Of a stretch of 64,000 nt of DNA, positions 49,491 to 59,689 are shown piece by piece. Where the stretch lies: the NCBI GenBank assembly GCA_963835575.1, contig CAWIGG010000004.1, forward strand, positions 832,001 through 896,000, in the 5' to 3' direction. Each line of letters opens with the position of its first letter. The stretch's first letter is position 1. The translations under genes and the position numbers were made by a program. The notes beneath the pieces are model-generated. The model ran no database searches. It had not been told where the DNA came from and was given only the letters and a program-made list of their open reading frames with translations. This DNA is from an uncultured Spirochaetota bacterium (GTDB taxonomy: Bacteria > Spirochaetota > Brevinematia > Brevinematales > JAOACQ01).

Positions 49491-50222
49491 ATGAAAGATA
49501 ATGATGATATAATCAGAACAACCGGGTTGACAAAAATATACCAGGCGGGCGAAGTCCAGGTTGAAGCGCTGAAAGGCATAGATATGGTGATCCGCCGGGG
49601 GGAATTCACGGCGATCATGGGGGCTTCCGGTTCAGGTAAAAGCACATTGATGAATATTCTGGGCTGCCTGGATGTCCCGACAGCGGGGGATTATTACCTT
49701 GAGGAAATCCGTGTGAACACCCTTTCCCATGACGAGCTGAGCGATATCCGCAACAGAAAAATCGGTTTTGTGTTCCAGGGGTTCAATCTTCTGGCCCGCA
49801 CCAGCGCGCTGGCAAACGCGGAGCTTCCGCTTCTTTATAACAGGAATAATGAGGGGCATGACCCGGAAAAAAGGGCCATTCAGGCGCTGGAACAGGTCGG
49901 TTTGAGGGACAGGATGCACCATTTTCCCAATCAGCTTTCCGGAGGCCAGCAGCAGCGCGTGGCCATAGCGAGGGCGCTGGTCAATAACCCGGCCCTGATC
50001 CTGGCGGATGAGCCGACGGGAAACCTTGACACTAAAACAAGCGTGGAGATCATCGCCGTTTTTCAGGAATTGAATAAACAGGGCATCACGGTGGTCATTG
50101 TCACTCATGAGAACGATATCGCGGAATACACGAAAAGGATCATCGAATTCCGGGACGGAATTATCATGAGGGACCATAAAAACCCGAAGCCGAGAAACGC
50201 TTCGGTGGAAACCGGCAGATAA
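49491..50222 (+). CDS. ABC transporter ATP-binding protein (MacB-type)
   Basis: [34 protein letters not shown]. Confidence 0.95.
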   Translation: MKDNDDIIRTTGLTKIYQAGEVQVEALKGIDMVIRRGEFTAIMGASGSGKSTLMNILGCLDVPTAGDYYLEEIRVNTLSHDELSDIRNRKIGFVFQGFNLLARTSALANAELPLLYNRNNEGHDPEKRAIQALEQVGLRDRMHHFPNQLSGGQQQRVAIARALVNNPALILADEPTGNLDTKTSVEIIAVFQELNKQGITVVIVTHENDIAEYTKRIIEFRDGIIMRDHKNPKPRNASVETGR

Positions 50223-50238
50223 GGGCGGCGGAGGAATT

Positions 50239-51456
50239 ATGCGGCTGCAGGACCTTTTAACAATCGCATTTCAATCCATCTTTAAAAATAAAATGCGGAG
50301 CTTTCTAACCATGCTCGGCATCATCATCGGCGTCGGCGCCGTGATTGTTATGGTCTCCATCGGTCAGGGAGCTCAAAAGCAGATCAAGGACCAGATCCAG
50401 GGCCTTGGGGTCAATCTGCTGACTGTTTTTCCTGTCGCGTTCAGGCAGGGCGGCGTCAGTTACGGCGGAGGATCACTTTCGCGCCTGACGGTCGACGATG
50501 TGAATAAACTCAAAAAAGAAAGCACGCTCCTTGCCGGTGTTTCCCCGGTCATCCGCACGAGCGCCCAGGTGATCGGCGGCTCAGGGAACTGGAGCACTTC
50601 TATTATGGGTGTTTCCCCTGACTATCTGATCATCCGGGACTGGAGCTTATCGAGCGGCAGCCCGTTCACGGATAATGATGTCCGGGCGCAGACAAGGGTA
50701 TGCCTGATCGGTTATACTGTTGCCACAAATCTTTTCGGCAGCAGCGACCCTGTTAACCAGAGGCTCAGGATCCGAAGCGAACCTTTTAAAATTATCGGTG
50801 TGCTTTCCGTTAAAGGCCTGGCAGGCAGCGGGGTCGACCAGGATGATGTTATCCTTGGCCCGTACACGACAGTCCAGAACAGGCTCAGCCAGAACCGGTA
50901 TATCCAGCAGATCCTCTGCAGCAGCGTTTCCGCGGAGCAGATGGATAATGCCCAGGATGAGATCCGCTCCTTATTGCGGGAAACCCATAAAATCCCGGAA
51001 GGGGCCGATGAAGACTTTACCGTCCGGAACCAGGCTGATGTGATCAATACGGCCAATCAGACCACGGGGATACTCACGGCGTTTCTGGCCGCGATCGCCG
51101 GGATTTCGCTCCTTGTCGGCGGCATCGGGATTATGAATATTATGCTTGTTTCCGTTACTGAAAGGACAAGGGAAATCGGCATACGGATGGCCGTCGGCGC
51201 GAGAAGCCTGGACATACTGATGCAGTTTCTTGTGGAAGCCGTTGTACTTTCTCTTACGGGAGGGATCATCGGTATTATACTGGGCTTTTTAGTCACTGTT
51301 TTTATACAGGTTGTCTTTAACTGGTCCATGGTATTCTCTTTTCAGACGATTCTATTGTCGTTTGTTTTTTCCTTTATCGTGGGCGCGTTTTTCGGTTTTT
51401 ATCCCGCAAGAAAGGCATCATCTTTGAACCCGATCGACGCTCTCAGGTACGAATAA
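50239..51456 (+). CDS. ABC transporter permease (MacB/FtsX family)
   Basis: RSFLTMLGIIIGV, GGIGIMNIMLVSVTERTREIGIRMAVGA. Confidence 0.95.
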   Translation: MRLQDLLTIAFQSIFKNKMRSFLTMLGIIIGVGAVIVMVSIGQGAQKQIKDQIQGLGVNLLTVFPVAFRQGGVSYGGGSLSRLTVDDVNKLKKESTLLAGVSPVIRTSAQVIGGSGNWSTSIMGVSPDYLIIRDWSLSSGSPFTDNDVRAQTRVCLIGYTVATNLFGSSDPVNQRLRIRSEPFKIIGVLSVKGLAGSGVDQDDVILGPYTTVQNRLSQNRYIQQILCSSVSAEQMDNAQDEIRSLLRETHKIPEGADEDFTVRNQADVINTANQTTGILTAFLAAIAGISLLVGGIGIMNIMLVSVTERTREIGIRMAVGARSLDILMQFLVEAVVLSLTGGIIGIILGFLVTVFIQVVFNWSMVFSFQTILLSFVFSFIVGAFFGFYPARKASSLNPIDALRYE

Positions 51457-51468
51457 ACACATTTAAAC

Positions 51469-52052
51469 GACCCCAATTCGGCAGGATCAGCAGGATTTGT
51501 CAGGATTCTTGGAATAAAATTTCACAGGAAGACGGGAAGGCACGAAGGGAAATTAACGTCACTTTATTTTTAATTGGAAATGTTCATCATAATTTCTTTG
51601 TGGTAATATCCGATGGTGCACACGGATGATGCAGGTAATGTGGATTTGCACGGATCTTGGGATTGGGTACGACTGAGGTAACCACAGATTTCACAGATTA
51701 CATAGACAGGGAGCGAGGAATCGGAGGAAATTGTTTTGGAGTTGCGCACTGTGAACAAGGTATAGCCTCCTCCTAAAATCCCTATTCACAAATGTCCTAT
51801 ATCATATCCGGCTTCGAATAAAACTTTACAGGCATCGTTAAGTAATACTAAATCCTATAAATCCGCCTTCATCCATGCAATCTGTGTGAAATGGGGTCGC
51901 TCATTAAGCTTTAATAAAACAAAAAGGACATCTCAATCAAAATCTCTCATCTACCGGGCGTAGCCCCCGATTTCAGTCCTTTCCGTGAAATTCTGTGGTA
52001 GACTTCGCGTTTTCCTGTATAATTCTAAAAAAAATCCTGATTTATTGGGGTC
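51469..52052. mobile_element. ~585-bp non-coding element with GACCCCAAT...ATTGGGGTC ends and nested repeat modules
   Basis: Left 72 bp match the reverse complement of 30881-30952 at 59/72 (hand alignment); inner module 51608-51898 matches the kinase flanks. Confidence 0.6.
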
Positions 52053-52165
52053 AATACTTAAAAGAATTTTAAAGGACAGAACTTTTCTTAATTTATTTTT
52101 GAATTTAAATTCAATCATTTGTATAATTTATACAATTGATTTATATTTTTATCAGGAATAGTATA

Positions 52166-53500
52166 ATGAATAAGGATAAATCTACTCCGCTGTTTGAAAA
52201 CATGAAGCATACGTTCAGGGCTTTCCGGAACAGGAATTACCGGCTTTTTTTCGGCGGCCAGGGTATTTCCCTCGTCGGGACCTGGCTCCAGCAGATCGCG
52301 ATGGGCTGGCTCGTTTACAGTATGACAAACTCAAAATTTCTACTCGGGTTTGTCAGTTTTTCGGGCCAGATACCGCTTCTGTTCCTGACGCCGCTGGCCG
52401 GGGTCCTGAGCGACAGGCTGAACCGCCGGACAATTCTGATTATAACACAGACGCTTTCCATGGTCCAGGCTTTGATATTGAGCGTTCTCGTGTTGACAGG
52501 GAATATACAGGTATGGCATATCATAGTCCTGTCGATATTTCTGGGCACGGTAAACGGGTTTGATATGCCGATACGTCAGGCGTTTGTCGTGGAAATGGTC
52601 GAAAAAAGAGAGGACCTCAGCAATGCCATTGCCCTGAATTCGGCCATGTTTAACGGAGCGCGTTTTATCGGTCCTTCCATCGGAGGTTTGCTCATCGCTG
52701 TTGTCGGCGAAGGGATGTGCTTTTTGCTGAACGGCATTAGTTATATAGCCGTTATTATCGCCCTGTTCCAGATAAGGACAAAGTTCAAAAAAAGAGAAGT
52801 AAAAAAAGAAAAAATCTTAACTGAATTAAAGGAAGGTTTTAAGTACACATTCGGTTTTCCGCCTCTGCGCGACATCATTCTTTTTATCGCGCTGGTCAGC
52901 CTGACGGCTATGCCCTATGCCGTCATCATGCCGGTCTTCGCGAAGGATATTCTCCATGGCGGGCCGCAGTCGCTCGGGTTTCTGATGACGGCTGTCGGCG
53001 CGGGCGCCCTTACGGGAGCGCTTTATCTCGCCTCGCGTAAAAACGTTCTGGGTCTTGGCAAAATCATTGCCGGGGCCGCGCTTTTTTTTGGAACAGGGCT
53101 GATTCTTTTTTCTATTTCCCGTCTGCATTGGCTTTCTCTGGTTATTCTCTATTTTACCGGGATCGGTATGATGATACAGACAGCCAGCTGCAATACTTTA
53201 CTGCAGACAATCACGGATGATGATAAACGGGGAAGGGTGATGAGCTTTTATTCCATGTCGTTCATGGGCATGGCGCCCTTCGGCAGTCTTTTAGTAGGCT
53301 TTTTATCTGACAGGATCAGCGCGCCGGCAACCGTTGCAATCGGGGGTATTTGCTGTATTCTGGCCGGTGTATTATTTTCCAGAAGGCTTCCAGATCTTCG
53401 AAAACTGATTCACCCGATTTATATCAGGAAAGGGATCATAAAGGAGATTGAGATCGGGCTTGAATCGGCCGCTCAGTTGACAAGGCCTCCGGACGCTTGA
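52166..53500 (+). CDS. MFS transporter
   Basis: AGVLSDRLNRR, NAIALNS, about 12 TM helices. Confidence 0.93.
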   Translation: MNKDKSTPLFENMKHTFRAFRNRNYRLFFGGQGISLVGTWLQQIAMGWLVYSMTNSKFLLGFVSFSGQIPLLFLTPLAGVLSDRLNRRTILIITQTLSMVQALILSVLVLTGNIQVWHIIVLSIFLGTVNGFDMPIRQAFVVEMVEKREDLSNAIALNSAMFNGARFIGPSIGGLLIAVVGEGMCFLLNGISYIAVIIALFQIRTKFKKREVKKEKILTELKEGFKYTFGFPPLRDIILFIALVSLTAMPYAVIMPVFAKDILHGGPQSLGFLMTAVGAGALTGALYLASRKNVLGLGKIIAGAALFFGTGLILFSISRLHWLSLVILYFTGIGMMIQTASCNTLLQTITDDDKRGRVMSFYSMSFMGMAPFGSLLVGFLSDRISAPATVAIGGICCILAGVLFSRRLPDLRKLIHPIYIRKGIIKEIEIGLESAAQLTRPPDA

Positions 53501-53506
53501 TTCTCT

Positions 53507-53671
53507 TTATGCCCGGCCGGCCACGCTTTTCATGTACTTCTTCGGTTTTTTAACAAACAAATCCCGGCAATCCTTAGAACAGAAATAATAAGTCTTGTCG
53601 ACAATTTCGATTTCGGCAAACGCATCCCATTTTTCCAGTTCCATTCCGCAAACGGGATCTTTTTCTTTCAT
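53507..53671 (-). CDS. YHS/TRASH domain small protein (54 aa)
   Basis: Not in ORF track; GGAGG RBS; MKEKDPVCGM...TYYFCSKDCRDLFVKKPKKY. Confidence 0.9.
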   Translation of the reverse strand: MKEKDPVCGMELEKWDAFAEIEIVDKTYYFCSKDCRDLFVKKPKKYMKSVAGRA

Positions 53672-53788
53672 AAAAACCTCCATCGATTAGATTATTTAAA
53701 TTATAATTCCAGAAACTGTTTGCGTCAAGGCGGTACAACATTTGTTTCTATGCGTTAGAGGCCGGGTAAAATAACAATGCTATTGATT

Positions 53789-53832
53789 TAAGGGCAGTTC
53801 CAAAAACTTTAAGGTTTTTGGAACTGCCCTTA
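53789..53832. repeat. 19-bp perfect inverted repeat
   Basis: TAAGGGCAGTTCCAAAAAC-6 nt-GTTTTTGGAACTGCCCTTA. Confidence 0.85.
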
Positions 53833-53961
53833 TAATAATTATTGCTAAAAAACGAATAATTTATTATAATATCCAGTTAGAGTTCATTGTCCCATAGAAG
53901 ATTAGATCAATATTCACATCACTTAAAAATCACTGCATTTCTCTAATCCGAGGAGGAAAAC

Positions 53962-54450
53962 ATGTTTGAAAAGAAAGAAGCGGCTGTTCACCTGACCGAA
54001 AAACTCATCGCCTTTATTGATAAATGGAAACATGTGGAAGGCAGTTTGATCATGATCCTGCACAGCGTTCAGGAAGAATACGGCTATATACCGCGTGAAG
54101 TCGCCCTTCAGCTGTCCAGGATGCTGAACGTCCCCCTGGCGAAAATATACGGGGTTATCACGTTCTATCATTTCTTCAAGCTTAAAAAGCCCGGCAAATA
54201 TAATATAGCCGTCTGCATGGGGACGGCCTGCTACTTAAAAGGCGGAGAGGACATCCTGAACGAGCTGGAAACGCACCTCGGGATCGGCGTGGGCGGCATT
54301 ACGGAGGACAGTCTCTTCTCACTGGAAGCTGTACGGTGCGTCGGCTGCTGCGGCCTTTCCCCTGTGCTGACGATCAATAACGAAGTATTCGGGCGGCTGA
54401 CAAAAAAGGGAATACCGGAAATCCTCTCAAAATTCAAGAGTAAGGTATAA
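53962..54450 (+). CDS. [FeFe]-hydrogenase NuoE-like subunit (HydC/HndA)
   Basis: VCMGTACYLKG, VRCVGCCGLSP. Confidence 0.92.
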   Translation: MFEKKEAAVHLTEKLIAFIDKWKHVEGSLIMILHSVQEEYGYIPREVALQLSRMLNVPLAKIYGVITFYHFFKLKKPGKYNIAVCMGTACYLKGGEDILNELETHLGIGVGGITEDSLFSLEAVRCVGCCGLSPVLTINNEVFGRLTKKGIPEILSKFKSKV

Positions 54451-54464
54451 AAAAGGGGGTTATT

Positions 54465-54854
54465 ATGTCAAAGCTGAATTTAAAGTCCCTGCAAACATTA
54501 AGGGAAAATGAAAAGAAAAAAATAAAGGATAAATTGTCGGAAGGTAAATTAACGACCATTTTGGTCGGCATGGGCACATGCGGCATAGCCGCCGGCGCGA
54601 AAGAAAGCATGAAGACCTTCATCGAGCAGGTGGAGAAAATGGGGCTGAAAGATGTGGAGGTCAAACCGACCGGGTGTATGGGGAGCTGTTTCGCGGAGCC
54701 GACCGTGGAGGTCATTTCTCCCGGTATGCCGGCCGTTCTTTACGGCAGAGTCACGCCGGGAACGGCAAAAAAAATCCTGGAGCGGCATGTTGTCCAGAAG
54801 CTGTTATTGAACGATAATATTTTTGACAAACCGGCGATGGATATTTTGAAGTAA
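54465..54854 (+). CDS. Thioredoxin-like [2Fe-2S] subunit (HydD/HndB)
   Basis: VGMGTCGIAAGA, TGCMGSCFAEP. Confidence 0.9.
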   Translation: MSKLNLKSLQTLRENEKKKIKDKLSEGKLTTILVGMGTCGIAAGAKESMKTFIEQVEKMGLKDVEVKPTGCMGSCFAEPTVEVISPGMPAVLYGRVTPGTAKKILERHVVQKLLLNDNIFDKPAMDILK

Positions 54855-54872
54855 AAGGGGGCAGTCAATCAT

Positions 54873-56659
54873 ATGACATATAAAAAGTATGTTCTTGTCT
54901 GCGGCTGCGCGAACTGCGACAAAAATAACTCGCATGAAATTTATGAAAATATCAATAAAGAACTGATCGCGGAAGGATTAAAGGAAGAAGTCCAGGTGGT
55001 CAAGGCCGGCTGTTTCGGCTTCTGCGGACAGGGGCCTGTCGTGAAAATACTTCCCGAAGAAACGATGTATGTGCATGTCGGGCCGGGCGACGCCGCGGCG
55101 ATTGTCAAAGAACATCTGAAAAATGGAAAGGTTGTAGCGCGCCTTCTTTATGATAAGAGTTTGAGCAGGAAGAACGTCAAAATTAAAGACATGGATTTTT
55201 ATCAAAAGCAGTTCCGCATCGTTTTGCGCAACTGCGGTGTGATCAACCCGGAAAGCATAAATGAATATATAGCCCGCGACGGGTATAAAGCCCTGGAAAG
55301 GGCGTTGTTTGAAATGAAGCCCGGTGATATTATCGAGGAATTGAAAACCGCCGGGCTCCGCGGCAGGGGCGGAGCGGGCTATCCGACATGGAAAAAATGG
55401 GTCCTTACAAAAGATGAGAACTCGGACATCAAGTATGTCGTCTGCAACGCGGATGAGGGAGACCCGGGCGCCTATATGAACCGGAGCACCATCGAAGGCG
55501 ACCCGCACAGTATTCTCGAGGCGATGACTGTCTGCGGCTATACTGTCGGCTCCCATAACGGCTATATCTACATCCGCGCCGAGTATCCGCTTGCCATTCA
55601 AAGGCTGGAAATAGCGATAAAACAGGCGCATGAGCTGGGGCTCCTCGGCAAAAACATCCTCGGAAGCGGTTTTGATTTCGACATCGAGATCCGCCTCGGA
55701 GCGGGAGCGTATGTCTGCGGAGAGGAAACGGCGCTGATCGCTTCCATAGAAGGGAACAGGGGTATGCCGAGGCCCAGGCCTCCATTCCCTTCAGCAAAAG
55801 GGCTCTGGAACAAACCGACCGTGATCAATAACGCCGAAACCTGGGCTAATATTCCCGTCATCCTGACAAAGGGCGGGAAGTGGTTCTCGTCTATCGGCAC
55901 AGAAACATCGAAAGGAACAAAGGTTTTCGCTCTGACGGGAAAGGTCAATAATTCCGGCCTGGTCGAGGTCCCGATGGGGACAACTTTGAGGGAAGTGATT
56001 TTCGACATCGGCGGCGGAATAAAAGACGGCAGAGAGTTCAAAGCGGCCCAGAGCGGCGGGCCTTCGGGCGGCGTCATTCCGGCGGAATATCTGGACACGC
56101 CCATCGACTATGAGAATCTGCAGAAACTGGGCGCCATCATGGGCTCGGCGGGCTGATCGTCATGGACGAGGACGACTGCATGGTCGACATAGCGAAGTTT
56201 TACATGCAGTTCGCCGTGGACGAGAGCTGCGGGAAATGCTCGCCTTGCCGGATCGGGGGAAAACAGCTTCTGGAAACCCTTGAGTTGATCAGTAAAGGAA
56301 AGGGGCAGATGGAGCACCTGGCCAACCTCAAAAGGATTTGTTTCGCGATGCAGAAGGCCTCTCTCTGCGGACTGGGGCAGAATACGCCGAACCCGGTGCT
56401 TTCCACGCTCAAGTATTTCGAGGGCGAATATATCGACCATATTCAGAATAAGAAATGCCATTCCGGATCATGCAAGAGCCTTATCAGCTTTGTTATCGAT
56501 CCTGAAAAATGCATCGGCTGCGGCCTCTGCGCCATGAAATGCCCGGTGAACTGCATCGGCGGTGAAAAACGGAAGCCCTATACGATCGATCAGATCGAGT
56601 GCATCAAATGCGGCGAATGCTTTGAAGTCTGCAAATTCGGCGCCGTGATCAGGCAGTAA
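54873..56659 (+). CDS. NuoF-like diaphorase subunit (HydB/HndC), split by a one-base frameshift at about 56147-56152
   Basis: GLRGRGGAGYP, CNADEGDPG, YVCGEETAL; GAIMGS|GGLIVMDE interrupted; ESCGKCSPCR and 2x[4Fe-4S] in the second frame. Confidence 0.88.
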
Positions 56660-56789
56660 CAGCAAGTTGCAATCAATATTAGAGCAACTTTGTTGTGCGG
56701 GACTCGGCTCTGACTTACGAAAGTGTTTCTCTGCCGGGGAAAGAGCACAACAAATAGCTGCTTTTTGATTGCAAGATAAAGGGGGAAAT

Positions 56790-58550
56790 ATGGAAAAGAT
56801 AAAGAAGATCAATGTAAAAATAAACGGCATACCGGTCAAAGTTGACGGTAATTCGACCATTCTCAACGCGGCCAGGCTGGTCCAGGTGAACATCCCAAAA
56901 CTCTGCAATCATCCCGACCTTCCGCCGAGCGCGGCTTGCGGGCTCTGCATTGTGAAGATCAAAGGCTCGTCCAAAATGGTCCGCGCATGCGCGACCGCTG
57001 TCGAAGAGGGAATGGACATCACGACGCACGACCCGGAATTATTCGGGGTCAGAAGGACGGTGCTCGAGCTGATCCTTTCCAACCATCCGAATGACTGCCT
57101 CCAGTGCGCCCGTAACGGCAACTGCGAGCTCCAGCAATTGGCGGGCGATTTCGGGATCAGGGAAGTGGACTTCTCTCAGATGCTGGTGAACCATCCCGTC
57201 GACAATTCGACCGGTTCGATCGTCCTGAACCCGGAAAAATGCGTCAAATGCGGTAGATGTGTCGAAGTCTGCCAGATCATGCAGCACGTCTGGGCGATCG
57301 AGTTCATCGGCAGGGGATATAACATGAGGATCGCGCCCGCCGCGGACACGCTTCTGAAAGACAGCCCATGCATCAAGTGCGGACAGTGTACGGCGCACTG
57401 CCCCGTCGGCGCGCTGTATGAAAAAAGTGATAATGTCCGGGTCTGGCAGGACCTGGAGAACCAGGACCTGCATAAAGTCGTTCAGATCGCGCCGGCAACG
57501 CGCGTGGCTCTGGGCGAGGCGTTCGGGCTGGAACCCGGCGCCGTGACGACAAAAAAAATGTACACGATTTTGAGAAGGCTCGGGTTTGACGCCGTTTTCG
57601 ACACAAACTTCGGTGCAGACCTGACTATAATGGAAGAAGCCTCCGAGTTTGTCCAGCGGTTTGGAAAGAAAAAGGGCGATCTGCCGCTTATCACGAGCTG
57701 CTGTCCCGGTTGGGTGGACTACCTTGAAAAATTCTATCCCGAGATGATCCCGCATTTTTCGACGGCAAAATCCCCTCATCAGATGGTGGGCGTCCTGTCC
57801 AAAACCTATTACGCGCAGAAGATGGGAATAGACCCGGCCAAAATATATATGGTGTCGATCATGCCCTGTACGGCGAAGAAGTATGAGATCAGCCGGACGG
57901 ACGAGATGTTCGCGAGCGGCTACCAGGACATCGATGTCGTGCTGACGACGCGCGAGCTTTCCAGGATGATCAAGGCCTCAGGCATCGACTTCCTCAATCT
58001 GCCCGATTCCGAGGCGGATTCGATCCTGGGCGACTATTCCGGGGCGGCGACGATCTTCGGCGCCACGGGCGGCGTTATGGAAGCGGCGCTGAGGACGGCC
58101 TACCACCTCATCACGAAAAAAGAGCTGGGCAATGTGGACTTTGTGGAAACACGGGGGCTCAATGGAATAAAAACAGCGAAGGTCGATATAGAAGGAAAGG
58201 AAGTGAAGATCGCCGTGGCGCATGGACTTGCCAATGTCGAATTTATTATGGAAGAGGTCAAGGCCGCGCAAAAGGAAGGCAAAGAACTTCCCTATCATAT
58301 CATCGAAGTGATGGCATGCCGCGGCGGGTGCGTCGGCGGGGGCGGACAGCCCTACGGCGCGACGGACGAGATCCGCAGGAAGAGGGCCATGGGCCTCTAT
58401 GAGGACGACCGCGAAAGCATCCGGCGCTGTTCGTACCAGAACCCGTATATCAAGGAACTGTACGACGAATTCCTGGGGACGCCGTTGTCGGAAAAGGCGC
58501 ATGAGCTTCTGCACACGCAGTACCATGAAAGGCCGCTGTATAATAAGTAA
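56790..58550 (+). CDS. hydA: [FeFe]-hydrogenase catalytic subunit, group A (HydA/HndD)
   Basis: H-cluster motifs TSCCPGW, MPCTAKKYE, EVMACRGGCVGGGGQP; N-terminal FeS domains. Confidence 0.95.
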   Translation: MEKIKKINVKINGIPVKVDGNSTILNAARLVQVNIPKLCNHPDLPPSAACGLCIVKIKGSSKMVRACATAVEEGMDITTHDPELFGVRRTVLELILSNHPNDCLQCARNGNCELQQLAGDFGIREVDFSQMLVNHPVDNSTGSIVLNPEKCVKCGRCVEVCQIMQHVWAIEFIGRGYNMRIAPAADTLLKDSPCIKCGQCTAHCPVGALYEKSDNVRVWQDLENQDLHKVVQIAPATRVALGEAFGLEPGAVTTKKMYTILRRLGFDAVFDTNFGADLTIMEEASEFVQRFGKKKGDLPLITSCCPGWVDYLEKFYPEMIPHFSTAKSPHQMVGVLSKTYYAQKMGIDPAKIYMVSIMPCTAKKYEISRTDEMFASGYQDIDVVLTTRELSRMIKASGIDFLNLPDSEADSILGDYSGAATIFGATGGVMEAALRTAYHLITKKELGNVDFVETRGLNGIKTAKVDIEGKEVKIAVAHGLANVEFIMEEVKAAQKEGKELPYHIIEVMACRGGCVGGGGQPYGATDEIRRKRAMGLYEDDRESIRRCSYQNPYIKELYDEFLGTPLSEKAHELLHTQYHERPLYNK

Positions 58551-58567
58551 CACTGCAGAATGAAGCC

Positions 58568-58673
58568 GTCCCTTCGCAAGCTCAGGGCAGGCTATTGCGA
58601 GCGGAAATTTATCGTCATCGCAATAGTTTTACGCGCGAAGCAATGGTTCGACAGGCTCACCACGGCGTCTGTC
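58568..58673. repeat. Composite REP-like element
   Basis: GTC[CCTTCGCAAGCTCAGGGCAGGCT]ATTGCGAG...CGAAGCAAT[GGTTCGACAGGCTCACCACGGCG]TCTGTC; backbone matches the left half of 25339-25482. Confidence 0.65.
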
Positions 58674-58719
58674 AGCTCATTAAGGTTTTTTATCAGCAAA
58701 CAAAAAAGAGAGGTATATA

Positions 58720-59484
58720 ATGTTCGAATCCGTAAAATCAAGGATCAGCCATGGTTTTCCATACATTCCGAATATCCGGAAAGCGGGTGTGGACGAAAAA
58801 TTCCGCGGTCTTCCATCATTAAAGAAAAATGTCTGTAAAGACTGCTCATCGTGCGTCGAGGTTTGCCCGACCGGGGCCATCTCGCTTAAATCGTTCAGGA
58901 TAGACATCGGCAAGTGCATCTTCTGCGGCGACTGTGAGAGGGAGTGTTCAAAAGGCGCTGTAAATTTTACACCATTTCATAAAACGGCAGCCTCATCGCG
59001 GGAAGCCCTTATCGTTTCGGAAGGGGATTCTTCCGCCGATTTCGAGAAGAAGGCAATACAGATAGACGAAAAGATACGAAGTATCTTCGGAAGGTCGCTG
59101 AAGCTCCGGCAGGTCTCGGCCGGCGGATGCAGCGCCTGCGAGATGGAGCTCGGCGCCTGCTCGAACGTCAATTTCGACATGGGGCGCTTCGGCATCGAGT
59201 TTACCGCCTCCCCCCGCCATGCGGACGGGATCGTCATAACCGGGCCTGTAACATTTAATATGGCTGAAGCCCTGGAAGACGCCCTGAGCGCAGTGCCGGA
59301 ACCGAAGCTCATCATCGCCGTGGGAAGCTGCGCGATCAGCGGCGGGATTTTTCAGGACTCGCCGGCGATGAAGAGGGATTTTTTCGAGAAGCATAAAGTG
59401 GATTTGTATGTGCCGGGATGTCCCATCCATCCTTTGACGTTTATCAACGGACTGCTGGATTTTACAAGGGGCAAAAGGGATTAG
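58720..59484 (+). CDS. Fused 2x[4Fe-4S] ferredoxin + NuoB/HycG-like subunit
   Basis: CKDCSSCVEVCP, CIFCGDCEREC; AGGCSACE, SPRHADG, AVGSCAISGG, VPGCP. Confidence 0.88.
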   Translation: MFESVKSRISHGFPYIPNIRKAGVDEKFRGLPSLKKNVCKDCSSCVEVCPTGAISLKSFRIDIGKCIFCGDCERECSKGAVNFTPFHKTAASSREALIVSEGDSSADFEKKAIQIDEKIRSIFGRSLKLRQVSAGGCSACEMELGACSNVNFDMGRFGIEFTASPRHADGIVITGPVTFNMAEALEDALSAVPEPKLIIAVGSCAISGGIFQDSPAMKRDFFEKHKVDLYVPGCPIHPLTFINGLLDFTRGKRD

Positions 59485-59689
59485 CCACGAGGCACGGAGG
59501 ATGGGCTACGCCTGACAGATAAAAGCTCTATACTATGAATTCCTTTCTGTTTTATTAAAAATCATGATTCAATCCCAATTTCACACAGATTGCACGGATG
59601 AGGCGGATTGACGCGGATTATCTGTAGTAACTTATGTTTTGGCTTTTTCTAAAAAAACACTTTTTCAACAATCTCGTAAAGCGGCGAAA

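Noticed and set aside
56154..56156. Selenocysteine readthrough of the TGA in the NuoF-like gene
   Set aside because: The downstream half is in a different frame and the position is not a Cys; a missing G explains it
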